Source: an uncultured Chloroflexia bacterium
GTDB lineage: Bacteria; Chloroflexota; Anaerolineae; JAAYZQ01
Direction of reading: 5' to 3'
Assembly (NCBI GenBank): GCA_963700285.1
Contig: CAVOXA010000005.1
Location: forward strand, 64,001-128,000
Length of the DNA stretch: 64,000 bases
Both the position numbers and the translations under genes were made by a program. How positions within the stretch are numbered: position 1 is the first letter of the stretch; each line of letters starts with the position of its first letter. This document shows, piece by piece, positions 48,461 through 59,731 of this stretch. The notes under the pieces are model-generated. The model did not search any database. It was not told the DNA's origin and saw nothing but the letters and a program-made list of their open reading frames with translations.

Positions 48461-49375
48461 ATGCATGTTGCGCGAGAAAACGACTTGGTCCTGCTTATCG
48501 GCAAGGACCGCAAAGAATTCATCCTGCGGCTACGGGCCGCTGCACAATTGCAGACGCATCGGGGTTGCATCAACCACGATGACCTGTTGGGACAGCCCCT
48601 GGGGCGGGAGATCCGTTCGCATCTGGGCTATTCCTTTGTGATCCTGGAACCGAGCACCTGTGATCTGGTCAGGCTGATCAAGCGCACGACCCAGATCATG
48701 TATCCAAAGGACATTGGCTATCTATTGCTCAAGCTCAGTGTGATGCCGGGTGCCCATGTGATTGAGGCCGGTACGGGGAGCGGCGGGCTGACGCTGGCCT
48801 TGGCGCGTGCCGTGGGGCCTCAGGGGCACCTCTACTCCTATGAGATCCGGCCTGATATTCTGCGGCTGGCCGAAGAGAATCTGGCATCTTTGGGCTTGAC
48901 CGGCAACGTTGACTTTAAGCTGCGGGATATCGAAGCGGGTTTTGACGAGAGCGATGTGGATGCACTTTTTTTGGATGTGCGCCGGCCATGGGCCTTCCTC
49001 TCGCAGGTCACAAGCGCGCTTAAGGACAGCGGGTTCTTTGGTTCCATCGTGCCCACGACCAACCAGGTGACCGAACTGGTCCGATCTCTGGAGGGCCACC
49101 AAACCTTTGGCCATATTGAGGTCGAAGAGATCTCACTTCGGCCTTTCAAGGCGGTGCCCGAACGGCTGCGGCCCGTGGATCGGATGGTGGCCCACACTGG
49201 TTACCTTGTCTTTGCCCGGAAGGTCAGCCGGGAGATTAGCCAGGCGGACTATTGGATGGATCGCAGGCGACGGAAGTACGAGGACGTTCAGGCCGAGTCT
49301 GTGCAGAATGGCACTCCAGACACTTCCCCATCCCGCGGGGATGAGCAGGGATCCGGTACGCTTCCCGGAGGCTAG
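48461..49375 (+). CDS. trmI: tRNA (adenine58-N1)-methyltransferase
   Basis: TQIMYPKD, IEAGTGSG, LFLDV..PW and MVAHTGYL motifs. Confidence 0.92.
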   Translation: MHVARENDLVLLIGKDRKEFILRLRAAAQLQTHRGCINHDDLLGQPLGREIRSHLGYSFVILEPSTCDLVRLIKRTTQIMYPKDIGYLLLKLSVMPGAHVIEAGTGSGGLTLALARAVGPQGHLYSYEIRPDILRLAEENLASLGLTGNVDFKLRDIEAGFDESDVDALFLDVRRPWAFLSQVTSALKDSGFFGSIVPTTNQVTELVRSLEGHQTFGHIEVEEISLRPFKAVPERLRPVDRMVAHTGYLVFARKVSREISQADYWMDRRRRKYEDVQAESVQNGTPDTSPSRGDEQGSGTLPGG

Positions 49376-49532
49376 ACGCTCCCGGTGTGGTACGGCGGCC
49401 GATCGCCCCACTTGTGGCACGTTTGCTGACTCTTGGTTTTTTGAGTATAATGCGGGCAGTCAGGATGAAGGATCAGAGCCCTTCCGTTCCCAGGACGCAC
49501 AATGTTCGTAAACAGACCCCAAGGATGAGCCT

Positions 49533-52500
49533 GTGAGCCGTGAGAATGGGCACCTTGGGCTTGGGTTGCTCCTTGGGTTTGGGCTAGCGGTGGGGCTTGC
49601 TCTGTCTGCGGTAGGCATCTGGCTGTGGCCGGTTTCGGGAACGAGGGATGCTGGCCCTCCTGCGATGGGCTCCGCTGCATCTGACAAGTCGCTGGGTGTC
49701 AACGCTGACCTTAGTTCTTACGATACGAAGGCGAGGACAGAAGCGCTGGCGGCGATGGAGGCTGCTGGCCTCCGCTGGCTGCGACTCCGCTTCCCCTGGG
49801 ACGCCATTGAGCCTGAACATGGACGTCTACGATTGGGCCATTTGGGACGAGATCGTTGGGGACGCCAGGCGACATGGTCTTCAAATCGTTGCGGTGCTCG
49901 ATGGTTCGCCTTCGTGGGCGCGGGGAGGAGGCGGATGGCGAGAACCCATTGGCTCCGCCCGTGGAGGCACGTGATTTCGGGGATTTTGCCTTTGCCTTTG
50001 CGAATCGCTATCGCGATCAGATCGATCACTATCAGATTTGGGATGAGCCCAACATCGCCCCGCATTGGGGCGCGAGGGAGATCGATCCGGCGGCCTATGC
50101 CGGCTTGCTGCGCGAAGGGTCCATCCGGATTCGCAGCGCTGATCCTGAAGCTGTGGTCCTGACTGCCGCCCTGGCGCCCAACGTGGAGCCGGGCGGTGCG
50201 AATATGAGCGATTTGCTCTTTCTCGGGGAACTTTACCAACAGGGTGCTGCCGAGTGGTCAGATGGTGTGGCCGCCCAGATCTACGATCTCGATGGCCAGC
50301 CAGAGGCGCCCGCGGACTCGGAGCGACTGAACTGGAAGCGGATCGAATTGCTACGCCGGGTCATGGAATTGCAGGGGGACAAAGAGACTCCGGTGTGGGC
50401 GGTGACTGTTGGCCGAAACACTGCGCTCGCGGGCGACCTTGCGGCCGCCATAGAGACTGCGCGCGAGGACTGGCCCTGGCTGGGACCGATGGTCTGGGCT
50501 GCCTGGTCGCCCAGCGACACCCGAGGCCAGTTTGCTCTGGTCGATGAACGCGCCCAGCCCCGTCCGGCTCTCGATGCTCTGCACGACCTGGCCGTGGCGT
50601 TGCCGGTGGCCTGGCCAGGCACGTACAGAGCGGATCACGAAAGCGGGCGCTACGACGGCGCCTGGCGCGTGACGCCATTCGGGGCGGACATTGGACGCAG
50701 CGGCGACCGCTTGACCATTCCCTTTTGGGGCACGCGCCTGGATCTGGCCGTCCGCCGGGGAGCATACAGAGCTTTCCTATTTGTGACCGTGGACGGGCAA
50801 CCAGCCAGCGCACTGCCGCAAGATGCGGATGGCAATGCCTACGTCGTCCTGTACGATCCCCTGGGCAATGCCAATAGCGTCACGCTGGCACGCGGCTTGC
50901 GGGACGGCCGGCACGAGGCCGAGATCGTGGCTGACCGCGGTTGGGGTCAATGGGCCATCACCGGCTGGACTGTCGCGCGAGAGACTGCCAGTCGCCTGCC
51001 GTGGCAGGGGTTGCCGGCGCTCCTGGGACTGGCTGCACTGGCGACTCTGGGCCTGGTGCTGAGGCGAGCCTGGCCCCAGTGGCGTTCCCTCGTTGCGACC
51101 GGTACTGAACTGACGAACCGGTACCAGGACATTGACGCTCGCCTGATGTTGGCTGTCACAACGGGGGCCATGATCCTGGCTTACGTGGCAGCCGGGACCA
51201 TCCCCAGCCTGATTACCCTTGGCCTGTTGGCCGGGCTTTTGCTGCTGCGCCCAGGGACGGGCCTGCCGCTCATTGCCGTGACGCTGCCCTTCTACCAGTT
51301 GGGCAAGCCGTTGCTGGGCAAAGTGTTCTCTATGGTCGAGATCCTGACCCTACTCACGGCGGCGGGCTGGTTTGCGAATTGGTTCCTGGGCGCTTTGCGC
51401 GCGGCAAGGGGACGGGCTCTTGGAGGTACTGACTCCGAGGGCGTGCCAGACCAACCGCGCATGTTCGTCTCCACCCCACATTTCAGCGCTATCGACTGGG
51501 GGGTCATTGCCCTGGTCATGGTAGGGATGGCATCCTTGCTATGGGCCGAGCACGTTCGGGTGGCCGCCCGGGAGTTTCGAACCGTGATCCTGGGAGCGGC
51601 ACTTTTCTATGGGTTGTTGCGAGCCATGGCCCAAGGCCGGCGGGCAGTCTGGCGCGTCGCAGATTCTTGGGTGCTGGGCGCTGCCCTGGTCGCGCTGGTG
51701 GGCCTCGCCCAGTGGGTCTTGGGCCAGAATCTGATCACTGCTGATGGCATCTCTCGGGTTCGGGCATACTATGGTTCACCGAATAACCTTGCGCTATACC
51801 TGGGGCGGGTATTGCCCTTGGTCCTGGTGATCTCTGTTTGGGCCAGGCGGCAGCCCCGCAAATGGGCGTACGGGCTTGCTGCGGCTGCCATGGCGGCCAC
51901 GCTCCTGCTGACCTTTTCTCGGGGTGCGTGGCTGGTGGGCGTGCCTGTTTCGCTGCTCTTTGTGGCGGGTATGCGGGGCCGGCGGTCTTTTGTTCTGACT
52001 GCAGGCTTTCTGATAGTCGCCGCGGTGGCCATGCTTTTGTTTGTGGGACCCGGCAGGCTGACCCTGTTACTGGATCCGGCGCAAGATACGACCTTGATTC
52101 GGGTTCAGTTGTGGCGGTCCAGTTGGGCCATGATCCGAGATCATCCTGTGCTGGGCGTGGGGCTGGACAACTTTTTGTACCAGTACAGGACCCACTATGT
52201 GCTGCCCACAGCCTGGGAGGAGTTTAACCTGTCCCATCCTCACAACCTCGTGCTCGATGGCTGGTTGAGGCTGGGATTGCCAGGCCTGGCAGTGTTTGGC
52301 TGGTTGCTGGTGGCCTTTTTCCGAGATGGATGGCTGGCCTATCGTCACTTGCCCGAGAGTGGGGAACGGCTCCTGGTATTGGGCTTGATAGGCGGCATGG
52401 TGTACGCGGTGGCCCATGGGCTGATCGACAACTCGTTCTTTCTTGTCGACCTGGCCTACGTTTTCATGTTGATGCTGGCAGTCCTTCAAGGAACCCTTGA

Positions 52501-52561
52501 GATTGCAGGGGGCACCACGGACAGAGGTAGGGCGGGCAACGTCCTATCTCCCAAGAACTAA
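49533..52561 (+). CDS. Clan GH-A-like barrel fused to an O-antigen ligase-like (Wzy_C) domain; frameshifts near 49820 and 49925
   Basis: WLRLRFPWDAIEP, YQIWDEPN; later YGSPNNLA, TFSRGAW, GVGLDNF, HPHN. Confidence 0.8.
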
Positions 52562-52573
52562 GGAGGAGACTCT

Positions 52574-53518
52574 GTGCGGATTCTGATTACCGGAGGGGCA
52601 GGTTTTATCGGGTCTCACCTCTGTGATTACCTGTTGGGCAAGGGTCACGAGGTGATTGCCATGGACAACCTCAGCACCGGCACGACGGACAATATCTCTC
52701 AGCTTGCTGGCCACGAACGATTCTCTTTCGTCAAGCACAATGTGACGGACTATATTTACGTTGAAGGACCGCTGGATGCGGTGGTGCACCTGGCATCCCT
52801 GCCCAGCCCCGTGGACTATTTGAACTATCCAATACAGACGCTGAAGGTAGGTGCCCTGGGCACGCACAAGGCACTGGGGCTGGCCAAGGCCAAGGGAGCG
52901 CGATTTCTCCTGGCCTCGACCTCGGAGGTATATGGCGACCCGCTGGTCCACCCGCAGCCAGAAGACTACTGGGGCAACGTGAATCCTGTGGGGCCGCGGG
53001 GTGTCTATGATGAATCAAAACGGTACGCTGAAGCGCTGACCATGGCCTATCATCGATATCATGGGGTCGAAACCCGGATCGTGCGCATATTTAACACCTA
53101 CGGCCCACGCATGAGGCTGGACGATGGTCGGGTGGTTCCCAATTTTATCCGGCAGGCGCTCGCGGGTGAGCCGTTGACGGTCTATGATGACGGCATGCGC
53201 ACGCGCAGTTTCTGCTATGTCTCGGATCTTGTAGAAGGCATGGTCCGGCTCTTGCATTCGGGCGAGCCCGATCCCGTGAACATGGGTAACCCTAGTGAGA
53301 TGACCATCCTAGAGTTTGCGCGGACGGTGCTGCGCGTGACTGGGAGCCAATCGGAGATTGTGTTCGTTCATCCCGAAGACGAACGTACCCAGGATGACCC
53401 AATGGTGCGCCAGCCTGACATCAGCCGGGCAATACGGGTTCTGGGCTGGCAACCCGTGGTATCCCTGGACGAGGGACTGGAGAAGACCGTTGATTCGTTC
53501 CGCCACCGTCTGGCGTAG
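52574..53518 (+). CDS. UDP-glucuronate decarboxylase (UDP-xylose synthase)-like SDR
   Basis: [46 protein letters not shown]. Confidence 0.9.
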   Translation: MRILITGGAGFIGSHLCDYLLGKGHEVIAMDNLSTGTTDNISQLAGHERFSFVKHNVTDYIYVEGPLDAVVHLASLPSPVDYLNYPIQTLKVGALGTHKALGLAKAKGARFLLASTSEVYGDPLVHPQPEDYWGNVNPVGPRGVYDESKRYAEALTMAYHRYHGVETRIVRIFNTYGPRMRLDDGRVVPNFIRQALAGEPLTVYDDGMRTRSFCYVSDLVEGMVRLLHSGEPDPVNMGNPSEMTILEFARTVLRVTGSQSEIVFVHPEDERTQDDPMVRQPDISRAIRVLGWQPVVSLDEGLEKTVDSFRHRLA

Positions 53519-54929
53519 CGACACGTTGGGCTGGGGGGCGTTCCCGGCTCTGCTGCTGGCCGGGCTGCTGGGCCTGGCGATAGCGCTGCTGCCGCTGACG
53601 TGGAGCGCTCTGCTTCTATTGGGCGGCGTGGTTTTCGTGGCCACGTTGGTGCGTCCGCAGGTAGCCGTGCTGCTCCTGGTTCCCGCCATTCCCTTTGGCT
53701 CTCTTCGCCAGGTGACCGTCGGTGTGATGAGCCTGGGCGTGACAGAGATCCTAGTGATCTTGGTCCTGGCAGCCTGGTTGATGCGGCTGGTTGCCTTTCG
53801 TGGCCTCCGCGTACGCGTACCGCCACTTGTTGTGCCGCTGGCCATCTTTTTGGGTGTCTTGTGTCTGTCACTGTTGGGCGCTACCTCTCTCCAACACAGC
53901 ATCAAGGAGATTCTCAAGTGGGTGGAACTCCTGGTACTGTACGTGCTGGTGGCCAATGAAATGCACGGGCGCTGGAAGAAGGCTCTAGTTTTTGTCATTC
54001 TAGGGACCGGTGCTGTGGTCGCGATGCAGGGCATCTATCAGTTCTTGTTCCGCGTGGGTCCCGATGCATTCGTACTCTTTGACCGGTTCATGAGGGCGCA
54101 CGGAACCTTTGATCAGCCGAATCCATACGGTGGTTACCTGGGACTGGTGCTGCCGGTTGCTGTTGGGCTGCTAGCTGCCGGCGTGTTGCGCGTGCGAGGG
54201 AGCCTGCGTTGGGGCTGGATCGTGTGGGCGGCGGGCTGCGGGGCATTGATGATAGCCGCATTGGTCATGTCCTGGTCGCGCGGGGCATGGTTGGGTTTTG
54301 GCGCAGCTCTGGTGGTAATGGCTGTCGCTGTCGTGGTCCAGAGTGGCCGGGCAGCGGTGTTGGCTGTTGTGTTGGGCGGTCTCCTGGCCTACGCTCTGGT
54401 GAGCGGAGGTCTGGCGCGGATTCCAGCGTCTATTGCCCAGCGCTTCAGTGATTTCCTGCCCTATCTGGGTGCAATCGATGTGCGAGGGATCGAGATCACC
54501 GATGCCAATTTCTCCGTCCTGGAGCGGATGGCGCACTGGCAATCCGCGCTGAGTATGTGGACCGACAGGCCCTGGTTGGGGGTGGGCATCGGCAACTATG
54601 AGCCGCTCTATGCTCGCCATGCGCTGCCTCTATGGTCGGCGGCCCTGGGACACGCCCACAACTACTATCTGAACATTGCAGCAGAAGCGGGAGTGCTCGG
54701 GCTTTTGGCCTATCTGCTGCTGTGGGGCGCGGCATTGGCGAGCGCGTGGCGCGCCTTGCGAAGGACTTCGGGCTGGCTGTGGGGCGTATCCCTGGGCGTT
54801 TTGGGGGTGCTCGTGCACCTGAGCGCGCACAATCTCTTCGACAATCTGTTTGTTCACGCCATGTACTTGCACGTGGCGATTCTATTGGGGGTCATTGTAC
54901 CGTATGCGGGAGAGCAACACCTGGATTGA
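53490..54929 (+). CDS. O-antigen ligase-like (Wzy_C) membrane protein
   Basis: [24 protein letters not shown] and HAHNYYL motifs; TTG start with GGAGAAG. Confidence 0.85.
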   Translation: MIRSATVWRSDTLGWGAFPALLLAGLLGLAIALLPLTWSALLLLGGVVFVATLVRPQVAVLLLVPAIPFGSLRQVTVGVMSLGVTEILVILVLAAWLMRLVAFRGLRVRVPPLVVPLAIFLGVLCLSLLGATSLQHSIKEILKWVELLVLYVLVANEMHGRWKKALVFVILGTGAVVAMQGIYQFLFRVGPDAFVLFDRFMRAHGTFDQPNPYGGYLGLVLPVAVGLLAAGVLRVRGSLRWGWIVWAAGCGALMIAALVMSWSRGAWLGFGAALVVMAVAVVVQSGRAAVLAVVLGGLLAYALVSGGLARIPASIAQRFSDFLPYLGAIDVRGIEITDANFSVLERMAHWQSALSMWTDRPWLGVGIGNYEPLYARHALPLWSAALGHAHNYYLNIAAEAGVLGLLAYLLLWGAALASAWRALRRTSGWLWGVSLGVLGVLVHLSAHNLFDNLFVHAMYLHVAILLGVIVPYAGEQHLD

Positions 54930-55473
54930 TGCCCATCCGCGCTTGGGCCGCTGGTCGAGCTGGGTTGCGGCTCTGCCGGTGGTAGGTGGTGTGTGGGCCC
55001 GGCTCTCGGAAAATCCCAAAGAGCTGGGGCGCTTTGTCAAGTTCGCTATTGTCGGAGCCATCGGCGCCGTCGTGGATTTCATGGTGCTGAACATTATGAA
55101 GCGCCTCTTTGAGGCGATTGGCCTGGGGGTTGGCTGGGATGTGGCTCTGGAGCCACACCAGATCCAGTTGATAGCCGCCAATACCATTTCCTTCAGTGTG
55201 GCAGTGCTGAGCAATTTTACCTGGAACCGGCTGTGGACCTTTCCCGAGTCGAGGGAACGACCTATCGGCAGCCAATTGGCACAGTTTGCGGTGATCAACG
55301 TGTTCGGCCTGGTGATCAATACCGTGATTTTGGTGGTGCTCGACCAGTATGTCTTTCAGAACCTTTTCAGCGAGCGCCTCAGTTACAACCTGGCCAAGGC
55401 CTGTGCCATTTGTGTCGTCCTGTTCTGGAATTTTGGAATGAACCGCATCTTTACCTATCGGGGTATTGAGTGA
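54904..55473 (+). CDS. GtrA-family flippase
   Basis: RFVKFAIVG, NFTWNRLWTF and WNFGMNRIFTY motifs. Confidence 0.88.
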   Translation: MRESNTWIDAHPRLGRWSSWVAALPVVGGVWARLSENPKELGRFVKFAIVGAIGAVVDFMVLNIMKRLFEAIGLGVGWDVALEPHQIQLIAANTISFSVAVLSNFTWNRLWTFPESRERPIGSQLAQFAVINVFGLVINTVILVVLDQYVFQNLFSERLSYNLAKACAICVVLFWNFGMNRIFTYRGIE

Positions 55474-55508
55474 TTGGCTTGCAGTTTGAGGGCGCGGGGA
55501 CCTGATCT

Positions 55509-56654
55509 GTGCGCATTGGCATAGATTACACGGCCGCGGTGCGCCAGGGCGGCGGCATCGGACGCTATACGAGGAACCTTGTCCGGGCCTTGTCGGAGTT
55601 GGATCAGGAGAATGACTATACGCTTTTTGTCGCAGGTGGTTGGGGCCGTGGGGATGGCCTGGGCCCCTGGCCAGAGAACTTTCGGATCCGGTCCGTGCCA
55701 CTCTCGGATCGATGGGTACACCTTCTCTGGCAGCGGCTGCGGTTGCCAGTGCCGGTTCAGGCCATCACCGGCTACCTAGATCTGTTCCACTCACCCGATT
55801 TTGTCCTGCCGCCTACGGGACGGACACCGACGCTGCTGACGATCCATGACCTGTCGTTTTTGCGTGTGCCCGAGTACTATGTGCCTGCCTTCCGTCGCTA
55901 TCTGGAGGGAGCAGTCGCCCGTGCTGCGGGCCGTGCCGATCACATCCTGGCCGACTCGGAGAGTACAAGGCAGGATATCATCGAGCTGATGCCGGTTCAG
56001 AAGGAGCGAGTGACGGTACTGTATCCAGGTGTGGATCCCCGTTTCCGGCCGATTCGTACACAAACAGTGCTGGACGCTGTGCGGGAACGCTATGCGCTGC
56101 CCGACCGATTTGTCCTGGGTTTGAGCACGCTCCAGCCGCGAAAGAATTTCGCAGGGCTGATCGAGGGTTTCCGGCGGCTGGTGCAGGCCGGAGGGAACGA
56201 ACCCGCTGTCGCGGATCTACAACTTGTAATTGCTGGCGGCAAAGGTTGGATGGTTGAGGAAACGTATGCTGCAGTGAGCAAAGCGGAGATGGAGGCGCAC
56301 GTGCACTTTGCCGGATTTGTCGACGACGATGATCTGCCTGCGCTGTACAACTTGTCCGCTGCCTTTGCGTTTCCTACCTGGTACGAGGGATTTGGCTTGC
56401 CGGTACTGGAGGCCATGGCCTGTGGCACGCCCGTGGTCTGCGCGGACAACTCGTCGCTACCCGAGGTGGCGGGGCAAGCGGCCCTGTTGGTGGATGCCGG
56501 AGACCCTGATGCGTTGGCCGAGGCGCTGATTCAGGTGCTCGTGAAGGCGGATCTGCGTGCGCGGTTGGCAGTCGCTGGGCCGGAGCAGGCGATGAGGTTC
56601 ACGTGGCCCGCGGCTGCGCAGCAGTTGTTGGGAGTATATCAATCCCTGGCCTAA
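55509..56654 (+). CDS. Glycosyltransferase family 4
   Basis: GGIGRY, TIHDL, PRKN and EGFGLPVLEAMACG motifs. Confidence 0.93.
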   Translation: MRIGIDYTAAVRQGGGIGRYTRNLVRALSELDQENDYTLFVAGGWGRGDGLGPWPENFRIRSVPLSDRWVHLLWQRLRLPVPVQAITGYLDLFHSPDFVLPPTGRTPTLLTIHDLSFLRVPEYYVPAFRRYLEGAVARAAGRADHILADSESTRQDIIELMPVQKERVTVLYPGVDPRFRPIRTQTVLDAVRERYALPDRFVLGLSTLQPRKNFAGLIEGFRRLVQAGGNEPAVADLQLVIAGGKGWMVEETYAAVSKAEMEAHVHFAGFVDDDDLPALYNLSAAFAFPTWYEGFGLPVLEAMACGTPVVCADNSSLPEVAGQAALLVDAGDPDALAEALIQVLVKADLRARLAVAGPEQAMRFTWPAAAQQLLGVYQSLA

Positions 56655-56704
56655 CGGCTTTGAGGTTGGCCGGTTGTCTGCGGTGAGCATATCCGGAGGG
56701 GAGT

Positions 56705-57307
56705 ATGAGAGGCATTTTGCTTTCGCTTGTCCTGTTGGTTTTATTGGTGTCAAGTCTAGCCGGGTGCGGCCCTCAATCGGGCGAACCCAAAGAGGAGGAA
56801 TCATCGATGTCACAAAAAAGTGGATCTCAAAAACGGTGGAAGAGCCCACCAGCTATGCAGATCGATCCCGACAGAGTCTATGTCGCGACGATAGAGACGG
56901 AGAGAGGATCCATAGTACTGGAACTCTATCCGGAGCACGCACCCGAGACGGTCAATAACTTTGTGTTCCTGGCCCGGGAAGGATTCTACGATGGGCTAAC
57001 CTTTCACCGGGTGATCGCTAACTTTATGATCCAGGGTGGCGATCCCACGGGCACAGGCGCCAGTGGGCCAGGGTACAAATTCGGGGACGAGGTCAGGGAC
57101 AATCCGTTGAAGCACGGTACGGGCGTGATCTCGATGGCTAACGCGGGGCCGAACACGAACGGGAGCCAGTTCTTTATCACCCACGGACCCCAGCCGCACC
57201 TGGACGGGAAGCACACGGTCTTTGGGCAGGTGGTTGAGGGGCAGGATGTGGTCGATGTTGTCCGGCAGGGTGACAAGATGACAAAGGTAGCCATCGAAGA
57301 GAAGTGA
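56705..57307 (+). CDS. Cyclophilin-type peptidyl-prolyl isomerase (lipoprotein)
   Basis: LAGC lipobox, [29 protein letters not shown]. Confidence 0.93.
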   Translation: MRGILLSLVLLVLLVSSLAGCGPQSGEPKEEESSMSQKSGSQKRWKSPPAMQIDPDRVYVATIETERGSIVLELYPEHAPETVNNFVFLAREGFYDGLTFHRVIANFMIQGGDPTGTGASGPGYKFGDEVRDNPLKHGTGVISMANAGPNTNGSQFFITHGPQPHLDGKHTVFGQVVEGQDVVDVVRQGDKMTKVAIEEK

Positions 57308-57395
57308 GGGCACTTGTCCACAAGGGGTACACTTCGCATAGTCACCGAGGTGACCTGTCAAGCACTGGATGATCTTCCGGAAAGAGCCATAGGTT

Positions 57396-58967
57396 ATGCG
57401 AACGGGCTTGGTGAGAAAGTTGATTCCGGGCGTACTGCTCCTGGCAGTCCTGGCGGGTGCCTTTGCGCTCAGGGCGTGGGGCAGCAGCTTTGGCTTGCCT
57501 GCCTTCACCCGCTACCATCCTGACGAGCACGCCCTGGTGGACAGGGCGGCGGCGATCCTTTGGACGGGGGATTGGAACCTTCACCGGTTCAATTATCCCC
57601 CGTTCTACGCCTATCTTCAGGCAGGGGCCTACGCGGTGCTCTTTTTGTGGCTGGCAGCTCAGGGCTTGTGGAGCCAGGTCCCACCCTTTGTGGTGCCCGA
57701 GTACTATCATTGGGGCCGCTTGCTGACGGCGGTGTTTGGCACCCTGACGGTTCTGGTTGTCTATCTGATGGGGCGCCGGATCCGTACCCGGAGGACCGGG
57801 CTGCTGGCTGCTGCGTTGCTTGCCGGGTGCTATCTACACGTCATTCACTCCCATTACGCGACCTTTGACGTGATGGTCGGATTTCTCGTCTCACTGACGC
57901 TGCTTTTTAGTGACCTGGTCCGGACGGAACAGAAGGCCAAGTGGTACTTTCTGGCCGGACTGGTTGCGGGCCTGGCAGGTGCGACCAAGTACAATGGGGC
58001 CGTGGCGGTGGTCATGCCGCTGGTTGCCCATGTACTGGCAAAGCCCTGGGACGAATGGGGCTGGATCAATGGCAGGCTGTTTCTTATCCCGGTGGGTTTC
58101 CTGCTGGGTTTCTTTGCTGGCAATCCCTTTGCGCTCGGCAATCTTACCGAGTTTCTCAACGGTTTGGCCCTCGTTCTGCATCACTATGGCACCGAGCAGC
58201 CAGGCTTTGAGGGTCTCGGCAACTGGCGCTGGTATGCGACGGTTTTTCTCACCTCGGCGGACGCCTTGTGGGTCGTGACGGGGGCCTTGGGACTGGCCGC
58301 GCTTCTCTGGCAGGAGTGGAAAAAGGGGCTTCTGCTCCTGGTCTTTCCAGTGGTCTATTTTGTGATGATGTCTCGCTTCACCGTGCGCTTTGAGCGCAAC
58401 ATGGTCCCGCTGCTACCTTTTCTGGCCTTGGGTGGCGCCTGGCTGCTGGATGTTGGCGCTGGTTGGCTGGCGCGCCGTCTTGGTCGCGGTGAAGGAGCCT
58501 CCCGCGTGCTGGCTGTACTGGGCGCCCTGGTTGTTCTGTCGCTGCCGCTTGCGGCAGGCATAACTTTCGACGCGGCCATTAGCCGGACGGATTTCCGGGA
58601 GGTAGCTGGGCGCTGGGTGAATGAGAACGTCGAAGGCGGCAGCAAGATCGCTATTGAGCACTATGCCATTCCCTTTGACCACACGGACTACTCTGTCGAA
58701 GATGTGCTCCGTATCAGCAACCATGACCTGGCATGGTACCAACAGGAAGGATTTGACGTATTGATCATCAGTGATGGCGTGTGGGAGGTGCTAAAGCGCA
58801 TGCCCGAGGCCTATGCTGACAAACTCGCGGTATACGATGAGGTTTCTACAGGCAGCAGCCTCTTGCAAGAGTTTGTGCCCCGGCCTCCCGGTATTGTCGT
58901 GGCCGGCTACCCGACCGTGGCCGTATACCATTTCCCACCGGTCCGCATCCATCAAGTGCCGCGGTAG
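57396..58967 (+). CDS. GT-C membrane glycosyltransferase (PMT-like)
   Basis: HPDE, FNYPP, HSHYAT.D and ATKYN motifs; many TM helices. Confidence 0.85.
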   Translation: MRTGLVRKLIPGVLLLAVLAGAFALRAWGSSFGLPAFTRYHPDEHALVDRAAAILWTGDWNLHRFNYPPFYAYLQAGAYAVLFLWLAAQGLWSQVPPFVVPEYYHWGRLLTAVFGTLTVLVVYLMGRRIRTRRTGLLAAALLAGCYLHVIHSHYATFDVMVGFLVSLTLLFSDLVRTEQKAKWYFLAGLVAGLAGATKYNGAVAVVMPLVAHVLAKPWDEWGWINGRLFLIPVGFLLGFFAGNPFALGNLTEFLNGLALVLHHYGTEQPGFEGLGNWRWYATVFLTSADALWVVTGALGLAALLWQEWKKGLLLLVFPVVYFVMMSRFTVRFERNMVPLLPFLALGGAWLLDVGAGWLARRLGRGEGASRVLAVLGALVVLSLPLAAGITFDAAISRTDFREVAGRWVNENVEGGSKIAIEHYAIPFDHTDYSVEDVLRISNHDLAWYQQEGFDVLIISDGVWEVLKRMPEAYADKLAVYDEVSTGSSLLQEFVPRPPGIVVAGYPTVAVYHFPPVRIHQVPR

Positions 58968-59002
58968 ATGACAACGTACTTGGTGGGAAGCCAGCCGGTG
59001 AG

Positions 59003-59731
59003 ATGCAGGCTGAAGGAAAGGCTATGAGCAGCGACGCAGCATTGGGTCGGGTCGATAGAAGCGCTCGAGCAAGAAAGCGTCTGACAAGCGCACGCGTACT
59101 CTTGCTGGTGGGCTGGGCGCTGGCCGCCATCGGCTACTATGGCGCCTGGATCGCCCACGAGACGGCGGCCCTTACCCTGAGTGGCGCGGACATGGGCGAG
59201 TTTGTCAAGTTCTTGCCGGGTGTGCTCGACGGATCGCTGGACATCATACGGCAAGCGCTTTATCTGCCACCCTTTGCGGTGGTAGCAAGCGTGGCGCTGC
59301 TGGTAGGCTCGCAGAGACTGCGCTACCCGTGGTTGCTTCGATGGCTGGTCGTGGTACTGGCAGTTCCGGTCAGCCTGCAGTTGCTGCCTCCGGCCTGGTC
59401 CGTTGCCAGCCTGACCTCGCCCGAGTTCCGAGCGCAGGCCATCGCCTTGGGCTTAAGCTGGCTCCTGCTGGCAGGATTCTGGTTTTGGGGGCGCTTGCCG
59501 GCTTGGCTGACCGGTACCACAAGTGCGATCCTGTGCCTGGCCGCCATCGTTCTGTCCGCGTGGCAGTTCTTGATCGCCAAGCCTGCCATCGACGATGTAT
59601 ACGGTACGCCGCCGTCCATCGGCTGGGGTTTCTATCTGTGTATGGTTGCGCTACTCTTGATCGCGCTGGGAAGCGTGATCCTGGCCCTCCGGGCACAGCA
59701 TCCGCCGGCGGCAGTGTGGGCGGGCGAATGA
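59003..59731 (+). CDS. Integral membrane hypothetical protein
   Basis: About 6 hydrophobic segments; stop overlaps the next ATG. Confidence 0.65.
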   Translation: MQAEGKAMSSDAALGRVDRSARARKRLTSARVLLLVGWALAAIGYYGAWIAHETAALTLSGADMGEFVKFLPGVLDGSLDIIRQALYLPPFAVVASVALLVGSQRLRYPWLLRWLVVVLAVPVSLQLLPPAWSVASLTSPEFRAQAIALGLSWLLLAGFWFWGRLPAWLTGTTSAILCLAAIVLSAWQFLIAKPAIDDVYGTPPSIGWGFYLCMVALLLIALGSVILALRAQHPPAAVWAGE

